NCBI GenBank assembly: GCA_038230375.1
Contig: JBBRNJ010000039.1
Coordinates: 14,119 to 78,118, forward strand
Origin: Polyangiales bacterium
Lineage (GTDB): Bacteria; Myxococcota_A; Polyangia; Polyangiales; Polyangiaceae
Reading direction: 5' to 3'
Length of the DNA stretch: 64,000 bases
Both the position numbers and the translations under genes were made by a program. How positions within the stretch are numbered: the first letter of the stretch is position 1; the number at the start of each line of letters is the position of its first letter. Below are positions 11,101-19,774 of the stretch, in pieces. Below the pieces are notes generated by a model. The model did no database searches. It saw only the letters and a list, made by a program, of their open reading frames with translations, and was not told the DNA's origin.

Positions 11101-11420
11101 CCGCGCGCCAGCACGGCCTCCATGGTGAGCGTGCCCGCGGGAACGGTGCCTGCGCGCGCAAGGTCGAGCCGCGCCAGGCTTCCGGCCAGCCCGCGCAGCG
11201 TGTGAGACTCGGCGCCCACCACGTGACCGCGCGCGCTTGCGACCTGTCTCACCAGCTCCTGCGCCGCGAGCTTGGTGCGTCCGACCACGATGACGCGCGT
11301 CGAGCGCTTCGCGTGCGCTTCAAGGAACGCCGCGGCGGCGGCCACCCGCTCGCTCGCGTGAGCGGACTCGATGACCACCGGCGCCTGCTTGTCGTTCCTC
11401 GCCGCCCCTTCCGATGTCAC
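8133..11420 (-). CDS. addB: AddB-like subunit: inactive helicase region plus PD-(D/E)XK nuclease with Fe-S cysteines
   Basis: FSPTALQNFAACPY, LRGSIDLVE...DYKTG, QPVLY, CEYCDYKPVC (1+3 Cys Fe-S arrangement); coupled to addA; GTG start inferred. Confidence 0.85.
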   Translation of the reverse strand: MTSEGAARNDKQAPVVIESAHASERVAAAAAFLEAHAKRSTRVIVVGRTKLAAQELVRQVASARGHVVGAESHTLRGLAGSLARLDLARAGTVPAGTLTMEAVLARGLAQKKDVLGRFAPIREEPGLARALTRTLTELRLERVDKDSVGDPSLSLLLSVFEKELAAAGLCDPAAVISAACENAARVRGAALLFLDVPCMHRLEADLVSALTGEASAMLFTMPRGDARTRELLGHLSPPRELVAAIGTPVANVQTHLFSEAHAGLAEDAGIAFFSAPGESREGAEIARRVLALAAQGVPFDEVAVLLRSPTEYSLALEEAFLRAKVPAYFARGTRKPDPSGRALLALLACADEGLSATRFSEYLSLGELPRAEPSGAPPPAWPSQETRVVADDEIMSPQAATTIAAAAEELEEEPETSDARDAEDAPVIAGSIRAPKLWERMLVDAAVIGGLDRWEARLKGYRAELVARMKEEASEEARVQLLTRELRALDVLRAFALPLLGELSELAKNPRPLAEYAKALSDLATRALRRPERVLAVLAELYPMGKGAPVTMSELRMVLTPRLTDLTVMPGSSRYGRVYIAPIDEARGMTWKHVFVPGLVERGFPRKLAEDPMFLDRMRRGITAGSLLTNEGRATAERLALRIALGSATERATFSYPRVDTELGRPKTPSFYALELVRAQTGTLAGFEELSRRADSAARARIGWPAPESPKDAIDESEHDLALLSSLLYKPEEEAIGTARYLLSVNPYLARALRFRAKRWLRGFSDADGLVDPAPEAKEALAMHTPDKRSFSPTALQNFAACPYRFYLYAVHKLSPREEPRAIEEMDALQKGSFVHEVLYEFLTELREHGLLPMTPATLDAARERLDHVLARVEKKFKDELYPAIDRVWEDGVGAIRADVREWLRREVEEPTGYQPAYFELSFGLSGQREASDQHSSALPVALECGVKLRGSIDLVEKSSDGTLQATDYKTGKKRAKEGTVIGGGKVLQPVLYALTLEKLFPDVKVSGGRLYYASSTGGFDSVPVRLDETAREGAKAVGDAVTEAITTGFLPALPDARECEYCDYKPVCGPYENIRTKKKKSPRMDKLVELRKRP

Positions 11421-11430
11421 CCGGAAGGAT

Positions 11431-12909
11431 CTAGTTGGCTTTTCGCTTCCGTACAACCACCGGCACGGAACGAGGCCGGAGCGTGGCGGCGGGATCGGCG
11501 GTGACCTCGCCGCGGAGCTCGAAATCGCACTGCGAGAAGATGCATGCCAGCACCAGCTGCGCCTCCAGGAGCGCGAAGTGGTTGCCGATACAGATGCGCG
11601 GGCCACCGCCGAATGCTGCGAACGACTGGCGTGGGCGCTTCGACTCCACCTCGGGCAGGAAGCGCTCCGGATCGAAGACGTCGGGCTTGGGCCACTCGCT
11701 TGCGCGGCGCTGCGTGGCGTACGGGCTTGCGAGCACGTGCGTCCATTTGGGGATGCGCACGCCGCCAACGACGGTGTCGCGCTGCGCGGTGCGCCCGTAC
11801 AGGTAGACGGGCGGATGCGTACGGAGCGCCTCCTTGAAGGTGCGGAGCGCAAAGCCCAGCTTCGGGAGATCCGCGACAGAGGGCGCGGCGCCCACGGACA
11901 GCGCGCATTGCTGCATGCGCTGGTAGAGCGCGCGATCCTGGCACAGGTGCGCGATCGTCCACGCGAGACCAGAGGCGGTGGTCTCGTGACCGGCCACGAA
12001 GAGGGTGATGACCTCGTCCTTCACCTGCTGATCGCTCATGCGCTCTTCGTCCGCGTCGTGGGCGTTGAGCAGCTTGGAGAGCAGGTCCTCGCGCTTGCTA
12101 CCACCGGCGCGGCGCTCGTCGATCATGCGCTGCACCCGCTTGTCGAGCAGCTCGATGCATCCCTTGAGCTCACGCCCGCCCGCACCCGGATAGAAGAGGG
12201 GCCTCTCCAGCATCGCGGCTGCGCGCTCGATCGCGCGCTTCGGAAGGCCGTGGGTGTGCTCCGCCAGGCGCAGCAATTGGTAGCGTGTGGCAATGTGCCC
12301 GATCGAGAACCAGGAGCCGCTCTGATCGCTCACCCACTTGAGCGCGATGGTGAGCGCGTGCCCGATCTCGTCGGACTCGTCGAGCGTGTCGGCATCGAAC
12401 AGCGCGCTCCCCGCGATGCTCATCGCGATGTGCGTGCATTCGCGGGCGAGATCGATCTCCGCGCCGTCCTTCCACGTGGCGACCACGCGGTTCGTGCAGG
12501 CCACCATGCTCTCCGCGTATTTGTCGATGATGGCCGGCGTGAACAGCGGAGCCATGAGCTTGCGCTGGCGCTTCCAGAGCTCACCGCCGCTGGTGAACAG
12601 CCCCTGTCCAGCGAGCGGTCCGAGCGTGAACGTCATCATCGCGGACTTCTCGAAGTCGCTCGCGCGGGTGACGAGCAAATCCTCGAGCGCCGCGGGAGAG
12701 ATCGCGAGCGCGGCGCGCCCGATGGGGACCTGCAGCGCGACGATGTCGTGCGGCGACCGAGCAGCGCGCTCACAGAATGCGAGCCGACCGGCGCGGATCT
12801 CCTGGTTGTGGGTCTGAAAGCCAGGCCCCACGCCAAGGCGCGGCATCTGCGCGTAGGGAAGCGCCTTCGTCTCGGGCGCGTCGTTCTTTGTCGCAGCTTC
12901 TTGACGCAT
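11431..12909 (-). CDS. Cytochrome P450
   Basis: I-helix AGHETT, K-helix EALR, FDPERF, heme motif FGGGPRICIG. Confidence 0.95.
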   Translation of the reverse strand: MRQEAATKNDAPETKALPYAQMPRLGVGPGFQTHNQEIRAGRLAFCERAARSPHDIVALQVPIGRAALAISPAALEDLLVTRASDFEKSAMMTFTLGPLAGQGLFTSGGELWKRQRKLMAPLFTPAIIDKYAESMVACTNRVVATWKDGAEIDLARECTHIAMSIAGSALFDADTLDESDEIGHALTIALKWVSDQSGSWFSIGHIATRYQLLRLAEHTHGLPKRAIERAAAMLERPLFYPGAGGRELKGCIELLDKRVQRMIDERRAGGSKREDLLSKLLNAHDADEERMSDQQVKDEVITLFVAGHETTASGLAWTIAHLCQDRALYQRMQQCALSVGAAPSVADLPKLGFALRTFKEALRTHPPVYLYGRTAQRDTVVGGVRIPKWTHVLASPYATQRRASEWPKPDVFDPERFLPEVESKRPRQSFAAFGGGPRICIGNHFALLEAQLVLACIFSQCDFELRGEVTADPAATLRPRSVPVVVRKRKAN

Positions 12910-12985
12910 GAGCAGCAGGCTAGGGGCTGTCGTGGGTTTAGAACAGCCCGCCGTCCGGTGAATCGCTAGACTCTGCCAGGTAGGC

Positions 12986-14011
12986 ATGAAGAAGCTTCTT
13001 CTCGTAGGCAATCCAACTGCGCAGTCCGGCAAGAACGTGGAGCGCATCACCGCGGCGCGCGCACGCTTTTCGGAGCGCGGCAACCCCGTGGACTTCTTCT
13101 CCACGCTCCCCGGCGGCGCGACCGTTCCGGCCCTTGTGAAGGCGCTGGACGCGGGCAGCCACGACGTCGTGATTGCGATGGGCGGCGACGGCACGTTCCG
13201 CGAGGTCGGCGCGGCCATCCTTGGGTCCGCGCGCAAGGAGTCGCTCGCGCTCGGCATGCTGCCCACGGGCACCGCCAACGATCAGGGGCGCAGCTTCGGT
13301 CTCTCCGCTCGTCCGGAGGATCTGCACAGCAACGTGGACGTCGTGCTCGCCAGCCACGAGACACGCATCGACGCCGGTCAGCTCACGGTCTGGGATGGTC
13401 CCGGCGCGCCCGTTGCAGACGTCACGTTCTTCGACTCCGCGGGCTTCGGCATCAGCGCGCGCGTGCTCAAGCAGCGCAACGAAGATCGCAAGCTCGTGGA
13501 CGAACTCGGGCCCATCAAGGAGCTCTATCGCGACCAGCTCGTGTACGCGGGCGCTCTGCTCCGCACGTTCGCGGAGAGCTACATCCTGTCCGACAAGTTC
13601 GACGCGATAGGCACGGTGGACGGCCAGCCGGTGGAGCTGCGAGGCCTCATCGATCTGGTCTTCAAGAACACGCGCATCTACGGCGGCGCGTGGATCTTCG
13701 ACCCCACGAGCCGCCACGACGACGGCCTCTTCGAGCTCGTCCCGTTCGTAGGCAAGCGTGACTGGGCCAGCAAGGCGATCGTGGATCTGGCTGGAAATCC
13801 CCTCACCGAAGAGGTGTTGAACCAGATCGGCGTCGAGCACTCGAAGAACCTCCGCGGACAGCACATGGATCTCTCACTCGTGCCGCCGTCGGATGTTCCG
13901 CTCCACGGCCAGGCAGACGGAGAAGAGCTCCAGGCAGGCACCCGCGTGGTCGTGCACGTGACCAAACGCGCGGTGCGGCTCATCGTGCCGAACGTGACGT
14001 CATCTACGTAA
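12986..14011 (+). CDS. Diacylglycerol/lipid kinase family protein (YegS/DAGK-like)
   Basis: NPTA, GGDGT, PTGTAND, YGG, DDGLFE and DGE motifs. Confidence 0.88.
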   Translation: MKKLLLVGNPTAQSGKNVERITAARARFSERGNPVDFFSTLPGGATVPALVKALDAGSHDVVIAMGGDGTFREVGAAILGSARKESLALGMLPTGTANDQGRSFGLSARPEDLHSNVDVVLASHETRIDAGQLTVWDGPGAPVADVTFFDSAGFGISARVLKQRNEDRKLVDELGPIKELYRDQLVYAGALLRTFAESYILSDKFDAIGTVDGQPVELRGLIDLVFKNTRIYGGAWIFDPTSRHDDGLFELVPFVGKRDWASKAIVDLAGNPLTEEVLNQIGVEHSKNLRGQHMDLSLVPPSDVPLHGQADGEELQAGTRVVVHVTKRAVRLIVPNVTSST

Positions 14012-14062
14012 CGGTTGCGGTGTTCCACCATCGCCACAGCGCGTTTCAGCGGCGAACGCGCA

Positions 14063-14078
14063 TGGCACGAACCCTGCT
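14063..14078 (+). promoter_or_regulatory. Putative sigma-54 (-24/-12) promoter of the metalloprotease gene
   Basis: TGGCACG-AACC-CTGCT with exact GG-N10-GC spacing; predicted start site about 4 nt before ATG 14093. Confidence 0.65.
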
Positions 14079-14092
14079 CTGGCCCTCGGCCC

Positions 14093-17000
14093 ATGAGAAG
14101 GTCACTCTCCGCGCTTTGCCTCGTCTTGCTCGCCTCCGGCACGTCACTCGCGATGGGCTGCGCCGCGGAACGCGATCCGATCAATCGTGTACAGGCGAAC
14201 GCGCTCGACAAGCGGTTCTTCGTCGGGGAGAGCCTCTCCGACGCGTCCGATGATCCGGAGTTCCGTCATCGCTCCTACGTCGTGGATGGCTCCGCAAGCC
14301 AGTCGCTCATCGGCATTGGCGAGTGGGGTCACGTCGATCGCGTGCGCTGGGAGGTGACCAGTGATCTCCTCATTGCTCGCAAGGCCTACGAGCTCGCGCC
14401 CGCGCAGGACAACAAGGGCGCCAACGGCCAGAATCCGCTGGATCCGGCCGCGCCCGCGGCGGCCGACAAGTTCCTGCAGAAGACGCCCAACGGCACGATC
14501 GTGGCTGCCTACAAGATCGAGAGCCACTTCGACATCCGCCGCTCCTACAACGCGCAGACCGGCGAAGAGAACAACATCATCGAGGAGAACACGCAGGACC
14601 GCCCCTGGAACGAGCGGCAGTTCATGCGCGTGGACTGGTCGCAGAACGTCGTCAACGACCCGATGGCGATCAACTTCATCGGCAGCGCGTTCGGCAAGAC
14701 CACCGTCACGCCGATCTCGTACTACGTGGCGGACGCGAACAGCCCGGATGCGCCACAGCTGGACGAGAAGGAGGGGTACCTCGACATCACCAACAAGTTC
14801 ACCGTCGCGCCCGAGACCACCGACCTTGGCGGCTTCTCGCTCCCGACCTGCGCGCTCGTCGGCATCTACACGGGCAGCGCCACGTACGACTGCAATGCGC
14901 AGGAAGCCACCGTGCGCAACTCGTGGGCGAAGATCAAGCCGGACGAGGACTTCGAGCCGCTCGAGAACACGTTCGCCTCGCAGGACATCGTCGGCAATCC
15001 GGGCGGGCAGGGAAGCAGCCTGAACGTGGGCGTGATCAATGCGCCGCGGCAGGGGTGGGATCCGCAGTACGGGTTCACCGATCAGCTCCTGCACCGCTAC
15101 GCGAACATCCACAACACGTGGAAGAAGAGCCACGTGGACGTGGCCTGCACGGCCAATACCGACGCGGATGAAAACGGAACCGCGGACCAGTGCGACGGCG
15201 CCGCCGGCGTGACCATGGGCGGATCGCAGTGCGACGTCGCCATGAACAAGTGCACGCTGCCGCTGCGTCAGCGCGAGATCAAGACGTTCGGGTACTGGGT
15301 CAACAAGGAAGCCCCCGACGGCCTGCTGGACCCCGTCGGCGACGACGGCAAGCCCACCGGGCGAGGCACGCTGGAAGATCTGATCTACTCATGGAACCAG
15401 CTCATCTCCGTGGCCGTCGCTACCTCGCGTGAGGTGGAGTGCCGCCGAACGAAGGAAGGCACGCGCGACAGCTGCCATGCGCAGTACTTCTCCTCCAAGC
15501 GCTCGGACCCGGGCTCCATGGAGATGCTCTCCTACGGCGGGTGGCTCGTGGAGAAGGCCAGTGACCCCACGCCGCTCGTCACGTTCTGCCACAACCCGGT
15601 CCGCAGCTACGACATCGAGGACACCTGCGGCAAGAAGGACAGCGTTGCCCGCGTCGGCGATGTGCGAAAGAACTTCATCTACTACTGGCCATACGAGTCG
15701 CGCGCGCCCTGGGGCGGCATTGCCGACTGGAATGGCGACCCGCTGACCGGCGAAATCTGGGGTGGCGCTGCGCAGATCATGGGCCGCTCCGCCACGTATG
15801 CCGCTGCCCTCCAGCGCGACGTGCTGCAGCTCGCCATGGGCGACGTGAAGATCGACGATCTGGTGAAGGGCGTACAAGCGCAGGCCTACGTGAAGACGCT
15901 GCAGAACGGCTTCACGCCAGTCACGTTCAGCGAATCACAGCTCACCGATCGCGTGGGCGCGCTGGACCTTGCGAACCTCCGCGCGCAGGGACCGCTCATT
16001 CCCGCGGGTCTGTCGCCCGAAGACCGGCTGAAGACGCTGCTGCTGGACAAGCAGTCGCTCGTTGCGGACGGCCTGAAGGTGCAAGGCGCGCAGGGCGAGT
16101 TCGACGCCCTCGCGAAGAAGATCCAGGCCACGCCGTACGAGTCGCAACTCGTGGATGGCAGCTGGGCGAATGGCGTGCTCGGCACCTCGCCCAAGTTGCA
16201 GGGCACGTCGGACACGCTCCTCGCTGCGGCCTCGCCGCTTCGCAATGCGGATCCGGGGCGGATGGAGCTGTACAGCCAGCTGGTGACGGAGTCGCTCCAT
16301 GCGCGCGGCGCGTGCTTCCTGGAGAACGAGGCGCCCGCGACGTACAGCGTGCACCTGGCGTCCCTCAAGGGGTACTTCCTGAAGAAGTATGGTGGCCTCT
16401 CCAAGGAGGAGCGCGGCAAGGCGATCTATGCGGACCTCTGGAAGGAGGCCGTGAAGGGCATTGGCCTTCATGAGATCGGTCACTCGCTTGGCCTGTTTCA
16501 CAACTTCGCCAGCTCGTGGGACTCTGCCAACTACACCCCGCAGTACTGGCAACTTCGCACTGCGAATGGCAAGGCCACGCAGAAGTGCGGCGCAGCGCGC
16601 GCCGACGGCAGCCCCGACACGTGCATGGGCCCGCGCTACCTGGATCCGGAGTCCGCAGACGAGCAGGGCAACGGCGGCGAGAGCCGCCCGGGAATCGAGT
16701 ACTACGCGAACACCAGCACGATGGAATACCAGATCGAGCGCTTTGGTGAGACCGTGGGCCTTGGCACCTACGACCAGCACGCCATGAAGGCGCTCTACGG
16801 CCGCGTGCTCGAGACCTTCGACCCCAGGTCCGTTCCGGCGACCTCGCAGAAGCAGTTCAAGTACCTGGGCTTCTCCCAGCTGATCGAGCGTCCGATCGTG
16901 GGCGTGGGATTCGTGCACTATACAACTGCTGCAAACCAGATGAAGGTGTTCGACGCGAAGCGCGACTGTCGCGCGGCGACCCCCGAGGAGAAAGCCACCG

Positions 17001-18448
17001 CGAACTGGCGTGTGATCAATGGCCAGGTCTGCGCGCCGCCGCCCAAGGATCACTGGCGCTGGTCGGACTTCAAGAGCGACGAGGTGCAGACCGGCCTCAA
17101 CTCTCCCTACTGGCATGTCGTGGACGCAGACAAGACGGAGCGGGTGCGCTGGCACTACCGGTTCGGCCAGTCGAGCGCGTACATGCACACGGGCCCCAGC
17201 GACTCGGGCGCGGACGTCTACGAGGCCACGCGCAACACCATTCGCCGCTTCGACATGAGCTATCCCTGGGCGTATTTCCGTCGCACCAGCCGCGAGTTCA
17301 TGTGGGACGCGATCCCGGGCGCGGTCTCGAACAACTACTTCCGCAAGCTGCGCGCGACGCACTGGCAGGTCGCGAACGACCTCATGTCCAGCACCACCGC
17401 AGACGTCACCAGTGACGACGGACTGCGCCCCTACGCAGTCACCCAGACTGACCTGTTCGACTTCTTCTCCCGCGTCGTCACGATGCCGGAGCCAGGCGAC
17501 TACGCAGAGAGCACGGTCCGGACATCACCGGGCTCGGCGACGAAGATCTTCGACCTCGCACCGACCTCGAGCGCTCGCGGCGCAAGTCCGGCGTTCACGC
17601 TTGGCATCGTCGATGGCCGCTACGTGTCGGAGCAGTTCAACAACGATCTGGGCGGCTCGTGGGACTACCAGTCGTTCATGGACCATGCCGGCTTCTCCGT
17701 GGAGAAGATCTACGCCATCCTCGCGCTGGTCGACGGTCGGCCCACGCTCTCCACGATCTCGCGCGACAACGCCCTGGACGGCCGCAACGTGCGCATCAAC
17801 TTCCGCTCCGACCTTCCCCAGGCGACTGACCGCTTTCTCGGCGGCATCCTGGCGGAGGACTGGGCCAGCGTTGGCCCGCACGTCACAGGCGTTGGCATCC
17901 AGTCGCCGCAGGTGTTCTCGATGACGGGCCCGTCGCCGTCGCGGCCGCTCAGCGCGCAGGTCCTGTTCCCGAACGTCGGGTACAAGACCCAGCTCGGCAC
18001 GCTGATCTATTCACTGCTGTTCTCCCGCTTGAACACCGATCTCACGCTGGCGAACAAGACGCGCCTGTGGATCGACGGTCAGGTCGGTCAGGTCACACTG
18101 CCTCTTGCCCAGCAGGTCCGCTTCACCGATCCCGTGAGCGGCTACACCTACATCGCCGGCAAGTTCGGCAACGACACCATCAACGGGCAGGTCGTCGACA
18201 GCGGCATCGCATCGCGCATGCTGGCTCACGCGAACGCGCTTCTCGCCGTCACCTACCAGACAACAGGGAAGGTGAACGAGTTCGGACAACCGGAGCTCAC
18301 GGGCCCCATGCCCGCGTTCGTCGCTGACCCCGACGCGGCGGCCGCGAACGCGCAGACGCTACGCAAGTACGTCGGCGTGCTCGACGCTACGCGACAGGTA
18401 GGCAATGCCCTGGGCTACGGCCCGCTCGGCGGCTCCAATGGTGACTGA
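14093..18448 (+). CDS. Large zinc-dependent metalloprotease lipoprotein (metzincin-like)
   Basis: Lipobox LAMGC; HEIGHSLGLFH (HExxHxxGxxH); downstream STMEY Met-turn; many Cys. Confidence 0.85.
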   Translation: MRRSLSALCLVLLASGTSLAMGCAAERDPINRVQANALDKRFFVGESLSDASDDPEFRHRSYVVDGSASQSLIGIGEWGHVDRVRWEVTSDLLIARKAYELAPAQDNKGANGQNPLDPAAPAAADKFLQKTPNGTIVAAYKIESHFDIRRSYNAQTGEENNIIEENTQDRPWNERQFMRVDWSQNVVNDPMAINFIGSAFGKTTVTPISYYVADANSPDAPQLDEKEGYLDITNKFTVAPETTDLGGFSLPTCALVGIYTGSATYDCNAQEATVRNSWAKIKPDEDFEPLENTFASQDIVGNPGGQGSSLNVGVINAPRQGWDPQYGFTDQLLHRYANIHNTWKKSHVDVACTANTDADENGTADQCDGAAGVTMGGSQCDVAMNKCTLPLRQREIKTFGYWVNKEAPDGLLDPVGDDGKPTGRGTLEDLIYSWNQLISVAVATSREVECRRTKEGTRDSCHAQYFSSKRSDPGSMEMLSYGGWLVEKASDPTPLVTFCHNPVRSYDIEDTCGKKDSVARVGDVRKNFIYYWPYESRAPWGGIADWNGDPLTGEIWGGAAQIMGRSATYAAALQRDVLQLAMGDVKIDDLVKGVQAQAYVKTLQNGFTPVTFSESQLTDRVGALDLANLRAQGPLIPAGLSPEDRLKTLLLDKQSLVADGLKVQGAQGEFDALAKKIQATPYESQLVDGSWANGVLGTSPKLQGTSDTLLAAASPLRNADPGRMELYSQLVTESLHARGACFLENEAPATYSVHLASLKGYFLKKYGGLSKEERGKAIYADLWKEAVKGIGLHEIGHSLGLFHNFASSWDSANYTPQYWQLRTANGKATQKCGAARADGSPDTCMGPRYLDPESADEQGNGGESRPGIEYYANTSTMEYQIERFGETVGLGTYDQHAMKALYGRVLETFDPRSVPATSQKQFKYLGFSQLIERPIVGVGFVHYTTAANQMKVFDAKRDCRAATPEEKATANWRVINGQVCAPPPKDHWRWSDFKSDEVQTGLNSPYWHVVDADKTERVRWHYRFGQSSAYMHTGPSDSGADVYEATRNTIRRFDMSYPWAYFRRTSREFMWDAIPGAVSNNYFRKLRATHWQVANDLMSSTTADVTSDDGLRPYAVTQTDLFDFFSRVVTMPEPGDYAESTVRTSPGSATKIFDLAPTSSARGASPAFTLGIVDGRYVSEQFNNDLGGSWDYQSFMDHAGFSVEKIYAILALVDGRPTLSTISRDNALDGRNVRINFRSDLPQATDRFLGGILAEDWASVGPHVTGVGIQSPQVFSMTGPSPSRPLSAQVLFPNVGYKTQLGTLIYSLLFSRLNTDLTLANKTRLWIDGQVGQVTLPLAQQVRFTDPVSGYTYIAGKFGNDTINGQVVDSGIASRMLAHANALLAVTYQTTGKVNEFGQPELTGPMPAFVADPDAAAANAQTLRKYVGVLDATRQVGNALGYGPLGGSNGD

Positions 18449-18451
18449 GAT

Positions 18452-19762
18452 TCACGCAAGCGCGCTTGCGATCACGCTGCCGGAGGAGATCTCGTAGCTG
18501 GCGGCGGCTTGCGGAACGCCCATCGCTGCGAGCATGGTTCGACCGTACGACGCGAGCGTGTCCGTGGTCTTCACATCACCGCTCGGTGAGCCCTTGCCGC
18601 TCTTGGAGTCGATCGGCAGCGCGCCGTAGTCGCCGGCCACTGGCGCAACGCCGCCGATGATGCCCGCCTTGAACGGCTTTCCGATCGTGAATGACACCTG
18701 GTGATTCGGGTTGTGGCTACGCCCGTCTATGTTGCTCGCGTTGAGCGTGCGACCGAAGACGTTGAGCGACATCAGGCTCACCTGGTCGGTGAGACCCGTG
18801 CTCGCAAGCAACGCCATCAGGTCGGCGATGGCCTGTACGCCGGACACGGTCTCCGCCGTCTCGTTGGCGAGCGCGATGTCACGGTGGTTGTCTCCGCTGA
18901 ACGGGATGTGGATCGCGATCACGGGCGTGACCTTCATCTGGATGAGCGCGACCGCAGCCTTGATCTGCGACGAGATCGAGTTGTCCGTGATCTGCGTGAG
19001 CTGGTTCAGGAGCTCCTGCTTGATGTTGCGCACCTGAGATTGTGACGTCACGAGCGAGTCGATGTACTGCTTCTGCGCAGCATTCGCCTCGTTCTTGTAG
19101 ATGCCGTAGAGCTGGTTCAGCGTCTGATCGCGCAGCGGCTGCAGGTTTGTCAGCGGCCCTGCGGGATTCGTCAACGTGGCCTTCAGCGCGAGCGCCGGAA
19201 TGATCGGCAGCGCCTGACCGCCGAACGTGAGCCCTTCGGACGGCGACGATGCGCCCAGGCTGATCGGCTGAGACTGGATGGTGCCCAGGCACGGCGCAAG
19301 GTGCTTCGCGAGGATCGACGGCAGCATCTCACCGGCGCTCGTCGTGCCCATCAGTGAGAGCACGTCCGGCTCCTTTGGATGCACGGGTGTGTTCGTCATC
19401 AGGTGCCAGAACGTCGTGCGGTCGAGCACGCTCTGCGGCAGCTTGGACCACGGCATGGCGGCGGTGGTCTTCTGCCCACCCAGCGAGAGCGCTGTGGCCG
19501 CCATCAGCGGATCCTTCGGATGGTAGATCTTCGAGTCCTCGTAGGTACCAGGTACGTTCGCATTGATCGCGTCGCCGTTGCCGGAGGTCGCGAAGATCAC
19601 GAACTGCGCCTTGCCGGCCGCGACTCCGCACGCGGGAACGTCCGCGAGCGCCTTGCGCGGATCCAGGAGCAGCGCGGCGGGAAGCCCGGTCGCGAGCGAG
19701 CGCAGTCCAATGTAGCCTGCGCCAAGGAGCGCGCCTCTGAGTGCTTGCCGTCTCGTGAGCAT
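18452..19762 (-). CDS. Tat-exported DUF1501-like protein
   Basis: N-terminal twin-arginine TRRQAL; GDNH, NVFGRT and GRSH motifs resembling DUF1501; SD AGGAG upstream. Confidence 0.7.
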   Translation of the reverse strand: MLTRRQALRGALLGAGYIGLRSLATGLPAALLLDPRKALADVPACGVAAGKAQFVIFATSGNGDAINANVPGTYEDSKIYHPKDPLMAATALSLGGQKTTAAMPWSKLPQSVLDRTTFWHLMTNTPVHPKEPDVLSLMGTTSAGEMLPSILAKHLAPCLGTIQSQPISLGASSPSEGLTFGGQALPIIPALALKATLTNPAGPLTNLQPLRDQTLNQLYGIYKNEANAAQKQYIDSLVTSQSQVRNIKQELLNQLTQITDNSISSQIKAAVALIQMKVTPVIAIHIPFSGDNHRDIALANETAETVSGVQAIADLMALLASTGLTDQVSLMSLNVFGRTLNASNIDGRSHNPNHQVSFTIGKPFKAGIIGGVAPVAGDYGALPIDSKSGKGSPSGDVKTTDTLASYGRTMLAAMGVPQAAASYEISSGSVIASALA

Positions 19763-19774
19763 GACAGGTCTCCT

